Shown here: in pieces, positions 1 through 11,858 of the stretch
Position numbering within the stretch: the stretch's first letter is position 1
Layout of the letters: each line of letters opens with the position of its first letter
The notes under the pieces: generated by a model
Seen by the model: the letters and a program-made list of their open reading frames with translations, nothing else
Databases searched by the model: none
Told to the model about the DNA's origin: nothing
Program-made: the position numbers and the translations under genes
Assembly: GCA_036172245.1 (NCBI GenBank)
Contig: JAYWIR010000008.1
Coordinates: forward strand, 3,162,001 to 3,226,000
Source: Raillietiella orientalis
Taxonomy: Eukaryota
Length of the DNA: 64,000 nucleotides
Direction: 5' to 3'

Positions 1-351
1 GCTGTACTTCTGTTTGCTGCATATTGTGGAACACCTCCATGCATCTAAACAAGACATCCAAATTCAGTCATTTTGTTCGTTGCCAGTGGTGTATTTCTTT
101 CCAAATACTCTGGGTTTGCTAACATCATCCTAACACGCTGCAATTGAGTCTTCATGTTCTGTTTCACGCTTAAATTGCATTGCATTGCATTGTCGCTGTT
201 ACGCATCTTTTTTTTACACGGGAATTTCAGCCTTCAAAGCAGAATTGACTATCTTCCGCTACATATCTGCAGCATCATGAATGATCTCTGTACACCCTCT
301 TGAAAATTTTTCCCACAGTTTTTATGACTTGGTTTTTAGGCACGAATTCAT

Positions 352-570
352 GTAGTACATCCAGCTGCATTGTGCTCACACATCACAATGTTTTTTTTTT
401 TTCCAGTTTATAAGACACAGTAGCCAAGTCCAGAAGTTTCAGGTAGAACGGAAATTGGACAGAAGTAAGGAAGGTCATTATTTAAAGTTTCTTGATACTG
501 TAAGAGTTTCTAATGATAAAAAATAATACTATATTTCAAGGAACTCGACAACAGGTTTTAAAAAAAAAAC
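352..570 (+). repeat. Dispersed AT-rich repeat, copy 1 (inverted relative to the copy at 4023-4234)
   Basis: tagtacatccagctgcattg...cacagtagccaagtccagaagtttcaggtagaac...tcgacaacagg is the imperfect reverse complement of 4023-4234. Confidence 0.8.
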
Positions 571-2165
571 TCAGGGAAACATTATTTTATTTGAATCATT
601 GTTGCAAAATTGTCGGTTTCATTCTATTAATTACTGCCAGTCTACTGTCAAGTAATTTTATTGCAAACTTTACTGTATAGGTCATTACTACTTTAAACTT
701 CTATTATGTTACCAAAGGGAGATTATAAATATTATAGTTTGTAAATCTTGTAGCTACGAAATAATAAGTTCCTTATTGGAAACTGGAAAAAATAGGATGG
801 ATGTGGGGCTTTAAATTTTTATCTAATTTGTGTTTCCAAATAGCCCATTAAAGGATAGTTTTAAGATAATTCCGTATTTTGTTCCTGCTAATACAAGCTC
901 CTTTGGTTTCTGTGAATTGCTGTTCTAAAAACATCCAAAAATTCCTTTTTAAGTGATCATGTTTCTCATCTATATTTTGATGAGAGACTCGATCTAACGT
1001 GCGTGGCCAGGATGTTCATTTCATTCCGTTTCTTCTTGTCGCAACTGTAAAACACACTTTGTGCACACTTTATTTTCTTCATGATGGCCATCCTTCTTGG
1101 TTCAACTAATGCTTCTCATAATGATGGACTTCATCCATTAAATTAGATTTTATAGAATTGATGGCTGGTCAGTAGGCCAGTCAACAATTCTGCAATCAGT
1201 TATTTAATGACTCCACATTCGTATGGAAAATTTAGTCTTTACAATCAGTATTCAGAGTATTTGCTTTTAAATCATTCTGACTATAATTTTGTGCTTAATT
1301 ATTTATGCCTTATTAAGCTCAGTTATTTTTATTTAACCTCACAGTTTGTAAAGCATTCTTAAGTTCACTGACGTTTTAGGTGGGGTTTTGGAAGAGACAT
1401 GTATATAGGTTTCTAGCTTAATTTATAGCTTATCTAGTTTTATTAATTTATATCTAGTTTATAGCTTAATTTATTGTTTCATCAGTTAGTCGATTACATT
1501 ATACTTGATGCCTTTACAATACAGATGAATAGTGGTCATGTAAAAAAAAAAAAAAATCAGTTTCAGAAATGCAAAAAAAAAAAGTCGTGCATTATATTTT
1601 TTAAATGAATCAAATATCGTGCTGACCAAACGCTGCTTAAAGTATACAAAACACGTTAATTCATTCCGTCTTCTCATCAAACTAAGATTAATAATTAATG
1701 CACAAGTAGTCATATCTCTGGAATAAAGGGAGAAAAAGTCGGTCGAGTTGGTTGCACTAGTTAGCCGGAAAAAAATCTTCAGAAGGAATGTGCTAACGAT
1801 TGCTCCAACGGGGTATACGTTTTTACATTTTCCTGCATTTCGTAATTTCGGCATCCCTTTTAGTAATATTTTGTTAATAAATCTCCCATGAAACGTGGGA
1901 ATCAATCTGTTGCGGTAAAGCGTGAAGAAATAACTGTGGCTTTCTCATTCTCGCTGGTGCATTGAATTTTTTTTTTTTTTTTTTCTTCTTCCCATCTCAA
2001 AAGCAGTTGTTTTCCCCGTGAGGTACAACTGACAATTTTGTTTAAATCGAGAATCACAGACAAAACAGTCCTCTTGTGGATGCATCCATTCTCAGGTGCG
2101 AATTTTTTCCAGTGCGGTGCGTCCGTGTGATTCAGGGATTATTAATAGTGAATACCTAAACAGAA

Positions 2166-5100
2166 ATGGCTCCAAGAAAACGGAAAGAAGTCAAAAGTGG
2201 TACAGTTTGATAATTGAAATTCGAATGGAAAATTGCTTTTGTCATTTACTTTGGTCGCTGCGTAAGTGGAACGCGTATTTGTGAGCAGACTTTATGTTGA
2301 AATAAATCCACAAGTTTTCCCATGTCACGCGGTTCATCGGTTTCCCTGATTCAAAATTGTAGTGGTTAAACATGCCTTTTTACTTGGCATCAGTAGTGGT
2401 TTCTCAAGGAGTATACGTTAAAGAGTTTTTATAGGTGTGTTCAGGATTACATGACTGATGTATATTGTTCCTTTTGAAAATATCAATCAAGTGAATTTGC
2501 TATTCATTAAAAGCAGTTTATTTAAAGTACTTATACTCGTACATTAAGATGATGCTTATTTAGTGAGATCTGCATTTTGTACCCATTCAAGTTTAAATGC
2601 AAATGTAAACAACTAAATTGATAGTTGTGTTGCGTTCGCGACCGCAAAATTATTGTTTGATGTATACCGGCATATTTGGCCTCATGCAGTTGCATCTTTT
2701 ATTTCATTATGTTTGTCAAAGTATCTTCCCGATTAGCATACGATCTCCGTATGTACTAGAAGTTTGCCGCCCTAAAACAGTTTCATCAGATGAATGAATA
2801 TATAAACATCAACCATCTGGGAATCTTTTTCCTTAAACTTCCTTTCTCTAGGTAGCAAGAATTACTGAATTCTTTATAATCAGACTTGTATCTTGAACGT
2901 ATTACCATTAGTAGTGCAAATCTACAAAGTACTTGAAATATGGTGGTCGTATGTATGTATGTGTGTTTCACTCATTCAAAGTTTCAAATGTTCATATGAT
3001 GTGAAGGTACAACATAAATAAAGATATGTTGACAATAGTCAATTTTAAAAGCTTACAAGACCGCTGGTGATTATTCTGAAATCCATGGTATGGGAAAACA
3101 ATATGGCTGATAAAATAATATGGTGCTTCCATTAAGTTTTGCTGCATAGTAGTTATTAAATATTTTCTTTGTAGACACATCGCATTATTTCTAGAAGGTT
3201 TTTTAATAATATAATTTGCCCTTGGTTTTTTTTTCCCATGAATTTTCGTCTTTTTTCAAGCCGTCTTAATTTAACTTGTTTTTGTTTTTGCTTAGGGTCT
3301 TGTTTGTTTAACAACTGGAGGTCACGAATATTTTCCAGAATCAAATCTGGAGAATTTTTTGATCTTTTGGTGTCCTGGTTTCTTGTGTGTGTGTTTTATG
3401 ATATCACCAATTTAACTGTTGGAAATGGAAACCTTCCATATTTTTATCCTTGAGACATGGGTGAATAAAATTGCACAGTAAGTCTGTATTATTGAGTATA
3501 TTAGAAAAGGATTTGAAGATTGATTGCAATATTCAATGTTTGTAATTAGATCATGTTTGTTTGTCTCCTAATCTGACACCTGCAATCTTAAATATTAGTA
3601 ATTATCTTGCAATGATTTTCTCCTGCATTTACCATTCATGATGTGTTCACTTAAGCTATACGAGCAATGTATTAAATTTATCAAATGTTCCAGCTTGTGC
3701 CTTTTTTTTTTTTTCTTGCTCCTCAGTTGTGCATACTATTTAAAAATCATTGGGAATTAAATTTAAAAAAAGTTTTTGAAATTTGATTCCAGTGGTTTTC
3801 TAATTTAATAATGAAAAGGCACATATGCCTGTACATTCTTTGCTTCTGTGGTATAGTCTTGATTCCAACTGTTTATGAATGCTTAGGAACATGCAATTGA
3901 ACAGTACTTGCTGCATGAATGGGGGTGGAGCAGTACTTTCAACTTTCCCATTGTTTTCCATATTTATTGACACAACATTGTGAACTTGCTACAATGATTC
4001 AAAGGAAATTATGTATACCGACGTTTTTTTTTTTTTAAATCTGTTGTCGAATTTCTTGAAATATAGTAGTGTTTTTTATCATTAGAGAGTCTTACAGTAT
4101 CATGAAACTTTAAATAATAGCACTCCTTACTTCTGTCCAATTCATGTTCTACCTGGAAGTTCTGAACTTGGCTACTGTGCCTTATTAACTAAAAAATATT
4201 GTAATGTATGTGTACAATGCAGCTGGATGTACTATAAGAGTTTGTGTGTACTCTATAGTTTTATTGCTAATTATGATCAATTCAGTGAAGAACACACTTT
4301 AATACTTAGTATTTTCAGTTTTCTTCCTTTGAAGAAGATAAAGGAATAAAAACAATCTGCTCAAGTAACCATTGTTTCTTGAGGGCAGTTTTAGTTATGG
4401 GCTGCACTGTGTTTGATTACATGCATTTAAAAACATTAAAGATACACTCGTGCATGCAAAAGTTAAAGAATGCAAAGGAAAGATCCTTTTTATAGTTTTT
4501 AAAGTTTACATCTACTTTTTTAAATGAATGGAATACTTGCTTCATGTTTTAAACATTGATATGGTTTTTTCCATTCTCATCATTGAGTACTCATGCTGTA
4601 AAAACTTGCAACCTATATGAAAAACTGATTAATTCTTAGCACTTTTTGTAGTACTTTGTGTTTTACCTTCAAGCACTGTGAATTTTGTTTGTAATTGTTG
4701 TGAATATTCAGGTTTCTCAGATATGGATCAAAAGTTCTGATGTTTGATATATGATTCAGGAACCTAATATTGATCCCCCCCCCCCCCAAGCGAAAATAAA
4801 ATGAATTAAGACCTAAAGAAGTAATGAATTATTGGATTTAAGTTACTTGTAAAAAAATATGTAATTTCTATGCAGTAAAACTATTGCATGAATCACCAAT
4901 TTTTGTATGCATCTGGTACCACTATTGTGGTACCAGATGGATACATATGGCTTTAAACTTTTACTTGTTTTTGTGTATGTGTTATTTGTAAATTGTTTTA
5001 GCTCACAAAACTGACCTCATTTTTGTTTGTTTTGCATTCAGTTTTGGCTGCCCATTCAGCAGATGAAGCATTGACTCCAAAGAAGCTGAAACTAACTGGG

Positions 5101-5502
5101 CCTGTGAAGATTGTCGTAGAACATTGGTAGAATGCTTTTGTGCTTATTTCTTTGCAAGAAAAGAAATTTTGCAACAATGACCTACCCTATTAATGTATAT
5201 TTTAGTGTATCCTGACGAGTCTTTCATCGCCGAGCTGTAGAATTGACTTCAGCTCTTAAGAAAGAATATCCAGATCTGATTTTTGAAATTAATCCAATCA
5301 AACCTAGAAGAGGTGCATTTGATGTCACGTTGGTCAGTGACGAACATAAAGGCATGCTCATTATCCATTTGTTGCAACTTTATATATCATTCATATTACA
5401 GATGTAGTTTTGTGGTCAGGATTAACTAAAGGGCCTCCAAGAAAGGAAAAATTTCCTTCTATTGAACATATCATCTCTACTTTAAACGAGTTTTTGCAGT
5501 AG
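2166..5502 (+). CDS. SELENOH: Selenoprotein H (Rdx/thioredoxin-like family, CxxU motif), 4 coding exons
   Basis: Exons 2166-2199, 5042-5126, 5206-5351 and 5402-5502 splice to MAPRKRKEVKS-VLAAHSADEALTPKKLKLTGPVKIVVEHC-VS(TGA)RVFHRRAVELTSALKKEYPDLIFEINPIKPRRGAFDVTLVSDEHK-DVVLWSGLTKGPPRKEKFPSIEHIISTLNEFLQ*. This matches SelH motifs MAPR..RK, IEHCxSURV, NPxKPRRGxFEV and LWxGxKKGPPRKxKFP. TGA at 5213-5215; intron 3 is GC-AG. The first exon is assigned by similarity and phase. Confidence 0.92.
4023..4234 (-). repeat. Dispersed AT-rich repeat, copy 2 (inside SelH intron 1)
   Basis: Imperfect reverse complement of 352-570. Confidence 0.8.
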
Positions 5503-5514
5503 TATTTTGGCATT

Positions 5515-5570
5515 TGGGTGGAATGAAGGATATCTGAGAAAACTGTTAGAAATCTGGATGCTCTCACCCA
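5515..5570 (+). promoter_or_regulatory. Eukaryotic SECIS element in the SelH 3' UTR
   Basis: Helix I TGGGTG/CACCCA; core ATGA (5523-5526)...GA (5557-5558); helix II GGATATCTGA/TTAGAAATCT; unpaired AAAA in the apical loop. Starts just after the SelH stop codon. Confidence 0.88.
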
Positions 5571-5987
5571 AGAAGCCATATTGTTTTTTTCATGCAGAAT
5601 TAGAAGGAAATTAATAAAACAAAATCTCGAGATTTTATCCATGAAACTTTACTGACTTTGGATGTGCTTGTATGCTTGCAGCAATTGTTTCTTTTCTCCC
5701 TCCCTCTCCCTCTCCTCTAATGACCTTCATTTTTTATTCAATTTCATTCCTGTTCCCGGAAATTTCATTGAATTAAACACAACCTTACAGCTGTCATGTT
5801 TAAGACATTCGGTATTGCATTAATTTTTTAATCTAGATTTCAGTGTGTGTACATAATTTGTTAATTGCCATTTAAGTTTCATACAATGCAAGTCAGCAAT
5901 CTTGATGAGGATTTTGCAGATTTCTCTAATTACAGGGTGCTAATTGAATAATAACACATGATGTACTAATAAGTTAAGACTGTTAGC

Positions 5988-8293
5988 ATGGTTACTCTGG
6001 ATAGGTTGAATTTCAGTGTGCTGAAGGATAAGGCTAAGAGGGAACTACTTGAATTTCTGGATCATTTTGTAGGACCAAAGGTATTGTTTTTGTTGCCAGC
6101 GTTTTAATCGTTCGTCTTATTTTTCTCTGATTGCAGATTATGATTTATGAAGAAGCGATGGAAAGTTTTCTTGCTTTGTTAATAGAGCATTCGCAGCTAA
6201 AGGAGCATGGTGTGAAAGTTCTTTCTTTGCAGTCTGTTTCTGTGACCTTGGGACAAGTGAAAACCATTTTTTTCCTTACAAGACCAGATCCTTGCTTAAT
6301 GTCACGATTGGCGGAGATTGTGAAAAAGTATGTAAGTTTTTTCTTACAAACATGAGTTGGTTGCCTTAGAGAACAAAACGTAGCAAATGTAAAGAAGACT
6401 TTTCAAATATTGTTTGTTCCTTACAAAAATGTTCTCTGCGAACAGAAGTTAAAGGTAGAATTCAGATTCTCAATTCTGCTTAGTGAGCTATTGCAGGAAT
6501 TGGGTGTATTTCTGCATGTTAATCTACTTGAGTGGCCAGTGTACTTATATCCTTTAGATTCAGATTTGGTATCGTTGGAATATTTATCTGGATTTAAGGT
6601 TTGAAAAGGTTATTCGAGAATGAGCTTATGTCTTGCAGAATCTTAGTTTAGATGGGGATCCTGATCTTTTGTTTCGAGTGGCAAAAGCCATGCTGTTATT
6701 ACAAGTTCAATTTGGACCTTTTAAAAGGATTTGTGGCAAAGGAAACTGGGCCAAGAAAGTCGGTGTTACATCAGTTTCTCCATGATCAGTTACATTTCAG
6801 GTGTATGACTTGATGCTTCAGCTGGAGAAAACAGGGTTTCGTCCATTGAAAGAATCTAGCAATCCCCATAATTCACAGATGCATACGTTAATTTTGCTAG
6901 ATCGTTCTGTTGATTTGATATCTCCCCTGGCCACCCAGCTCACTTATGAAGGACTTATTGATGAAATCTTTGGCATTCATTGCAGTAGGATGTAGATGTC
7001 ATGCTTCATGTTCGTAGATGTTGTTCAGCTTCCGGGAGAAAAATTTGTTCGGGAAGAAGCAACTTCAGCTGGTCTATCCATTCAGCCCAAGAAAATTATC
7101 TTATCATCCTCAGAAGACTTATATGCTGAGATCAGGTCAGCTATCCAGACAATTATAAAAAATGAATCAGGTTTTCAGAGATAAAAATTTCAACGCTGTT
7201 GGTCCTGCATTAAGCAAAAAAGCCAAGCAGATAGCTGCTCAAGTTGAAGAGCGGCAAGATGCCAAAACTATGGGCGAATTGCGTCAGTTTGTGTCTAAAC
7301 TTCCTTCTATTCATGCTAACAAGCAATCCCTAGCTACACGTAAGTTAGAAGTGCACGTATGCAAAATAACTGTTTTTTAGACACTTCAATTGCCGAGCTC
7401 ATTAAGGAAGTTACGGACACAGACCAGTTCTTAGAGTCCTTACAAGCAGAACAGGAACTGATGGGTTTTTCCGATTCAGACAAGTATAACTCCTACATAG
7501 AACAATCATTGATCCGCGGACAACCTCTTATGAAGGTTAATCTCCTTGTTTGTGATTCCTTTCTAAAATATGGAAAAAACTAGGTACTGCGCCTAATTTG
7601 CCTGCAGTCACAGATTGCTGGGGGTCTCAAAGCAAAGGTGTTAGAGCAGTATGAGAGAGATGTTGCACAAGTGTATGGATTTCATTGCATTCTGCTGCTA
7701 CAGAATCTGCGGCGCTGTGGGTTGCTTTTGCAGCAGGTTTGAATACTATGTTAGATTGCAGGTTGACATAGGATATTTTAGAGTCGTCCAACATTCCACA
7801 TTTTACAGCGGATATTACATTTGACTGTTGAGGAAATAAATGAGCAACAACCTGATGACATAGCTTATGTGCATAGTGGATATGCCCCTCTGTCGGTGCG
7901 ATTAGTTCATCATTTGGCACAAGCAACTCCGAATTTGGATGACTGCTGGCTCCTTTTGCCTGGATCCAAATTTGATGAGCAGCAAGCAGTACCACAACCT
8001 TCATGTTCATCAGGTAGTATACAGATTTCGTCATTGGGACTCAGGTTCTCTTATCAGATGCTATTCTGGATTCCTGTCCCCTCACTTTGGTCTTTTATTT
8101 AGGAGGTTGTACATATGCAGAAGTAGCAGCTTTGCGCTTTTTATCCCAGCAAGAAAATGGTGATGAAGTTTTTCGCATTGTTATAACTACTGAATGCTTT
8201 GTAGTACCTATGGAATTTGTGATCGGCACAACTCAAATGCTGAATGGTACTACATTATTACATTCACTGACAGAGAACCTAGCCTGGGCCTAG
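5988..8293 (+). CDS. VPS33A: Vacuolar protein sorting 33 (Sec1/Munc18 family), VPS33A-like, multi-exon
   Basis: N-terminus [25 protein letters not shown]; motifs [82 protein letters not shown]; ~40-60 nt GT-AG introns. Confidence 0.95.
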
Positions 8294-8553
8294 TGTGGTG
8301 TGTAAGGATGTCCTCAATGTACAAATCATTCAGGCACAAAACACATATGTTCATTTGACCTGCCATATTGAGCTGTGCTGGTGGGTCAGCTCAATACACT
8401 CACTTTGTCAGTTGGCGAATTGTTCATCTTCTGTTATTGTTAATGCGTTTGTGTGACCTTGCCTTTTATATCTTTCAGAATTTATACTGTATTTGCCCTA
8501 AGGGGCTGAGAGAGATAGCATGATCTGATTGACTTGGTGCTAGTGATATTGCA

Positions 8554-10950
8554 ATGGTTGGAGGTTGGAAAAATCGTTTTGATGGTCCAGATGGCCATGC
8601 AGAGGAGGAGCGTCTTCAAGACCTGCTGGTGTTTGGTTATCACTGTAAACTGTTTCGGGATGACGAGAAAGCTCTTTATATAGATCAGGGCAAACACTTG
8701 ATTCCTTGGCCTGGAGATGACAGCATTAAGATTGATAGGTAAGCAGTGTGTAGATATCTGCTTGAGTGGCTCGTTTGCAGATACGATGGAAGATTGTTAT
8801 TACATGAGCTACAGATGTATGAGGCTCCCCCTGGAGGATATGGACCATTTGAAGCACTCACAGCTGAAGAAAAAAAAGTGGAGCAACTATGCGATGAGGA
8901 ACGCTATCTGGCTTTGCATAGGAACCTAGAAGAAGAGAAAACAGCGGAAGGTTGGTAATTACTTGTTTAAATGTAGGGTATCTGAGTCATTCCATCAGAG
9001 GAAGAGTGGAAACGTCTGTGCTCCAGTATTGAAGCATCCGGCTCCTACCATGAAGTGGGATTCTCATATGCAGACTCCCAGCCTAAGTCAGAAACCTCTG
9101 AAAACGGATTAACTGAAGAGCAAGAAGATCCAGAGCTGTTGCAACCCTATGTAGCTCCCACTCAATTAGACTTGCCAACAGATATTCAATTAGTGAGTTA
9201 TTGAGTGTTTCACGGGGAGATTTGAAATTCATTTTATTGTAGCCTGCTTTGGTCAAAGAACACAGGATTATTGAAAAAACAGCCTTTTTCATTGCTTCAC
9301 AAGGAGCCCAGATGGAAGTCGTGTTAAAGACCAAACAAGCCAACAACCCACAATTTGCCTTTTTAAACTTCGATTGTCCCTTGAATCCTTACTATCGTTA
9401 TTTGCTGGCAGCCATACGTACTGGGAAGTACCAGGGAACTACTGTGGAAGAGGAGTCAGGTAAACCAAGTGACTATCAGTTGCTCTAGAAGTCATCATGT
9501 AATTCTAGAATCCGATGGTGATCAGTATCTTCATCCCAGTCTCTCCAGTCACAGTGCGTATCCAAAACCTGATTTGGTAAGTGCGTAGTGAGCGTTCTAA
9601 TGAGATAGTATATATTTCCCCAAGGCTCCGTCCATCCCAAGCATTAAGTATCAACCTTCAGAGGATTGTAAATATGCTCAGCTTGTTAGCCAGATTAGAA
9701 GCCAAGTTGGACCTCCACCTCCACCACCTCCCATGTCCACACATCCATCATTTGGTCAGGTAGGGTGTTAAATCTTGTCCATTGTTCATCTCCTTGCAGA
9801 ATGCACAGACTTCAAAAGTTATTCTGAGTACTGAATGTCCTACAGGAATTATCGTCCCTTCAGCTTCGGAACAAATTATCATAGATAAGATGGCCAGCTA
9901 TGTATCTCGGAATGATGAAGCTCTAGAAAAGGTCGTTATGACCAAAGAAGACTCACGATTCGCATTTTTGCATCCTGAACATAAGCACCATGCATATTAC
10001 CGTTACAAACTATCCGTGTACCGAGGCTACAAAGCACAGAAATCCGGAAGTTCAGGGTCTGGCACTACTATCAGCTTCAGCATTAAAAGTCGAGACATTG
10101 AGTGTGCCCCTCTGGAACGTAGCGCTCTTCCTACAGAAGATAGTGAAGATGAAAAAACGAGTACTACTGTAAGTTTGGGAAGTCCTGAGCCCACACTGGA
10201 AGATCCAAATAAATTGGTACAATTGGAGAGGAAGAAGAAAGTCATGGCCTTCTTAAATAAAATCCGATCTGACAGAAAGCCAAATTCTACAGTTACCAGT
10301 AGTAACGATTCATCCACAAGACGAACTCCGCATGCCAGTGGCCCTATGGATCAATCCCAGTCTCCAGGCACAGAGGCTGAACATATTCTGGAAGCTATGG
10401 AAAATGCTGTTGCTTCCGACGGCGAGCAGTCATTGGTGACACAGCGTCACCATCAGTGCGAGCGTGAAGTATCGAGCAAGACGTGCCATTCTGCTAGTCC
10501 TCGGCATCAAACTATTGAACTAAATCTCAGGCTCAGGAAGAGACAGAGATCACATTCCAGATCACGAGATCACAGCCATCGTAAGCACCATCGATCAAAA
10601 GAACACGTGTACTCACTGAACGACCGATATAAACGTCACCATCATTGGCGCAGGTATGATTTACTTTGTAAACCTACTGCTAAAGTTTATGCAACTCTTC
10701 TAGCTCCTCAGAGGAAAGCAACAACAAGCGTCATGCATACTCACGGCACAAGTGAGTGTTCTTGCCATGTTGTTATTGTATTTCTTGGCAAAGGCGTTCT
10801 AGAAGCTCGCATCGGTATAAGAAGAAAAAGCGGAAACACGCACGTTCTAGGGCCTCTTCATCGTCTATAACATCTGCTAGCATTTCAGAAGAAAGCAGTA
10901 TTATGGTAGCTCATCATCACAACTTTCCCGATGCTTTACAGACTCCTTAA
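8554..10950 (+). CDS. SFSWAP: Splicing factor SWAP (suppressor of white apricot homolog): DRY_EERY domain, two SURP domains, RS-rich tail
   Basis: [17 protein letters not shown]...[10 protein letters not shown]...[15 protein letters not shown]-like [32 protein letters not shown] and [24 protein letters not shown]. Splicing of the 3' exons is less certain. Confidence 0.92.
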
Positions 10951-11072
10951 AGAAAACAGAAATTTCATCAGCTGGGCGTTGCATAGGGAATGGGAGGGTG
11001 CACAAATAATCTGGATTTATGACAATAAACTCAAAGCCTATGTTGATCTCATCTGATTTTCTTAGTTCGAAA

Positions 11073-11858
11073 ATGCGCAAGCTACTTTGTCAAACATCAT
11101 GTTTTTGGATATCAGCACGTAATGCCCGAATGCCCCCACGTATCTACACACGTACGGGTGACAAGGGAAGTTCGTCGACGTACACTGGAGAAAGACTCCC
11201 GAAAGATGACCCAGTGTTTCGTGCCCTTGGCGCATCAGACGAGCTATCCTGTCATCTAGGGTAAGCCGAGGGAAAGTGCATTCCTGTTTACTGTGTTAGT
11301 CTTTGTAAAGCACTCGCAAGGCAGGAGCAACATCCGTATGCCGCCGATTTGGAAAAGATACAGTGCGTGCTCCAAGACTTGGGATCCGTGGTCGCCATGC
11401 CCAACATGTCGGGCTCCCCACGGTATTCTAACTTCGTGCAGCTCATCTCTGAGCACGTCGGTTACCTTGAACAGCGGATAGAAGATTACACTGTCAAGCT
11501 GCCTCCTCTGAACAACTTTATATTGCCCGGTAGGTGGCCTTGGTCAGCGGTCCCTGGTTATCAGCGTGCAATCATCTCCGCCGTCAACAACAGGAGGGAG
11601 CACGACGACTGCTTACATCCATGTCGCACGCAGTGTGTGTCGGCGTGCAGAGCGAGAAGTGACCCCGCTTATCAGGTCGAACCAAACGGATGTGGCCGTG
11701 CTGAAGTTCTTGAACAGGTAGGGAGTTGCCAACCATCGGAGCACAGGCCGGTTTGCAGACTCAGCGATTACCTGTTCACCCTGGCCAGATATGTTGCCAC
11801 CCTTACAAACGAGCGGGAGGATATTTACCGTACGTTGAAATCGCCAGTTGAGAAATAA
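11073..11858 (+). CDS. MMAB: Cob(I)alamin adenosyltransferase (PduO/MMAB type) with an N-terminal mitochondrial-type presequence
   Basis: [81 protein letters not shown]; short introns. Confidence 0.95.

Noticed and set aside
1..1140. Possible minus-strand exons (RKIVNSALKAEIP; VKQNMKTQLQRVRMMLANPE; CMEVFHNMQQTEVQ)
   Set aside because: Plausible splice sites, but no consistent gene model or recognisable family.
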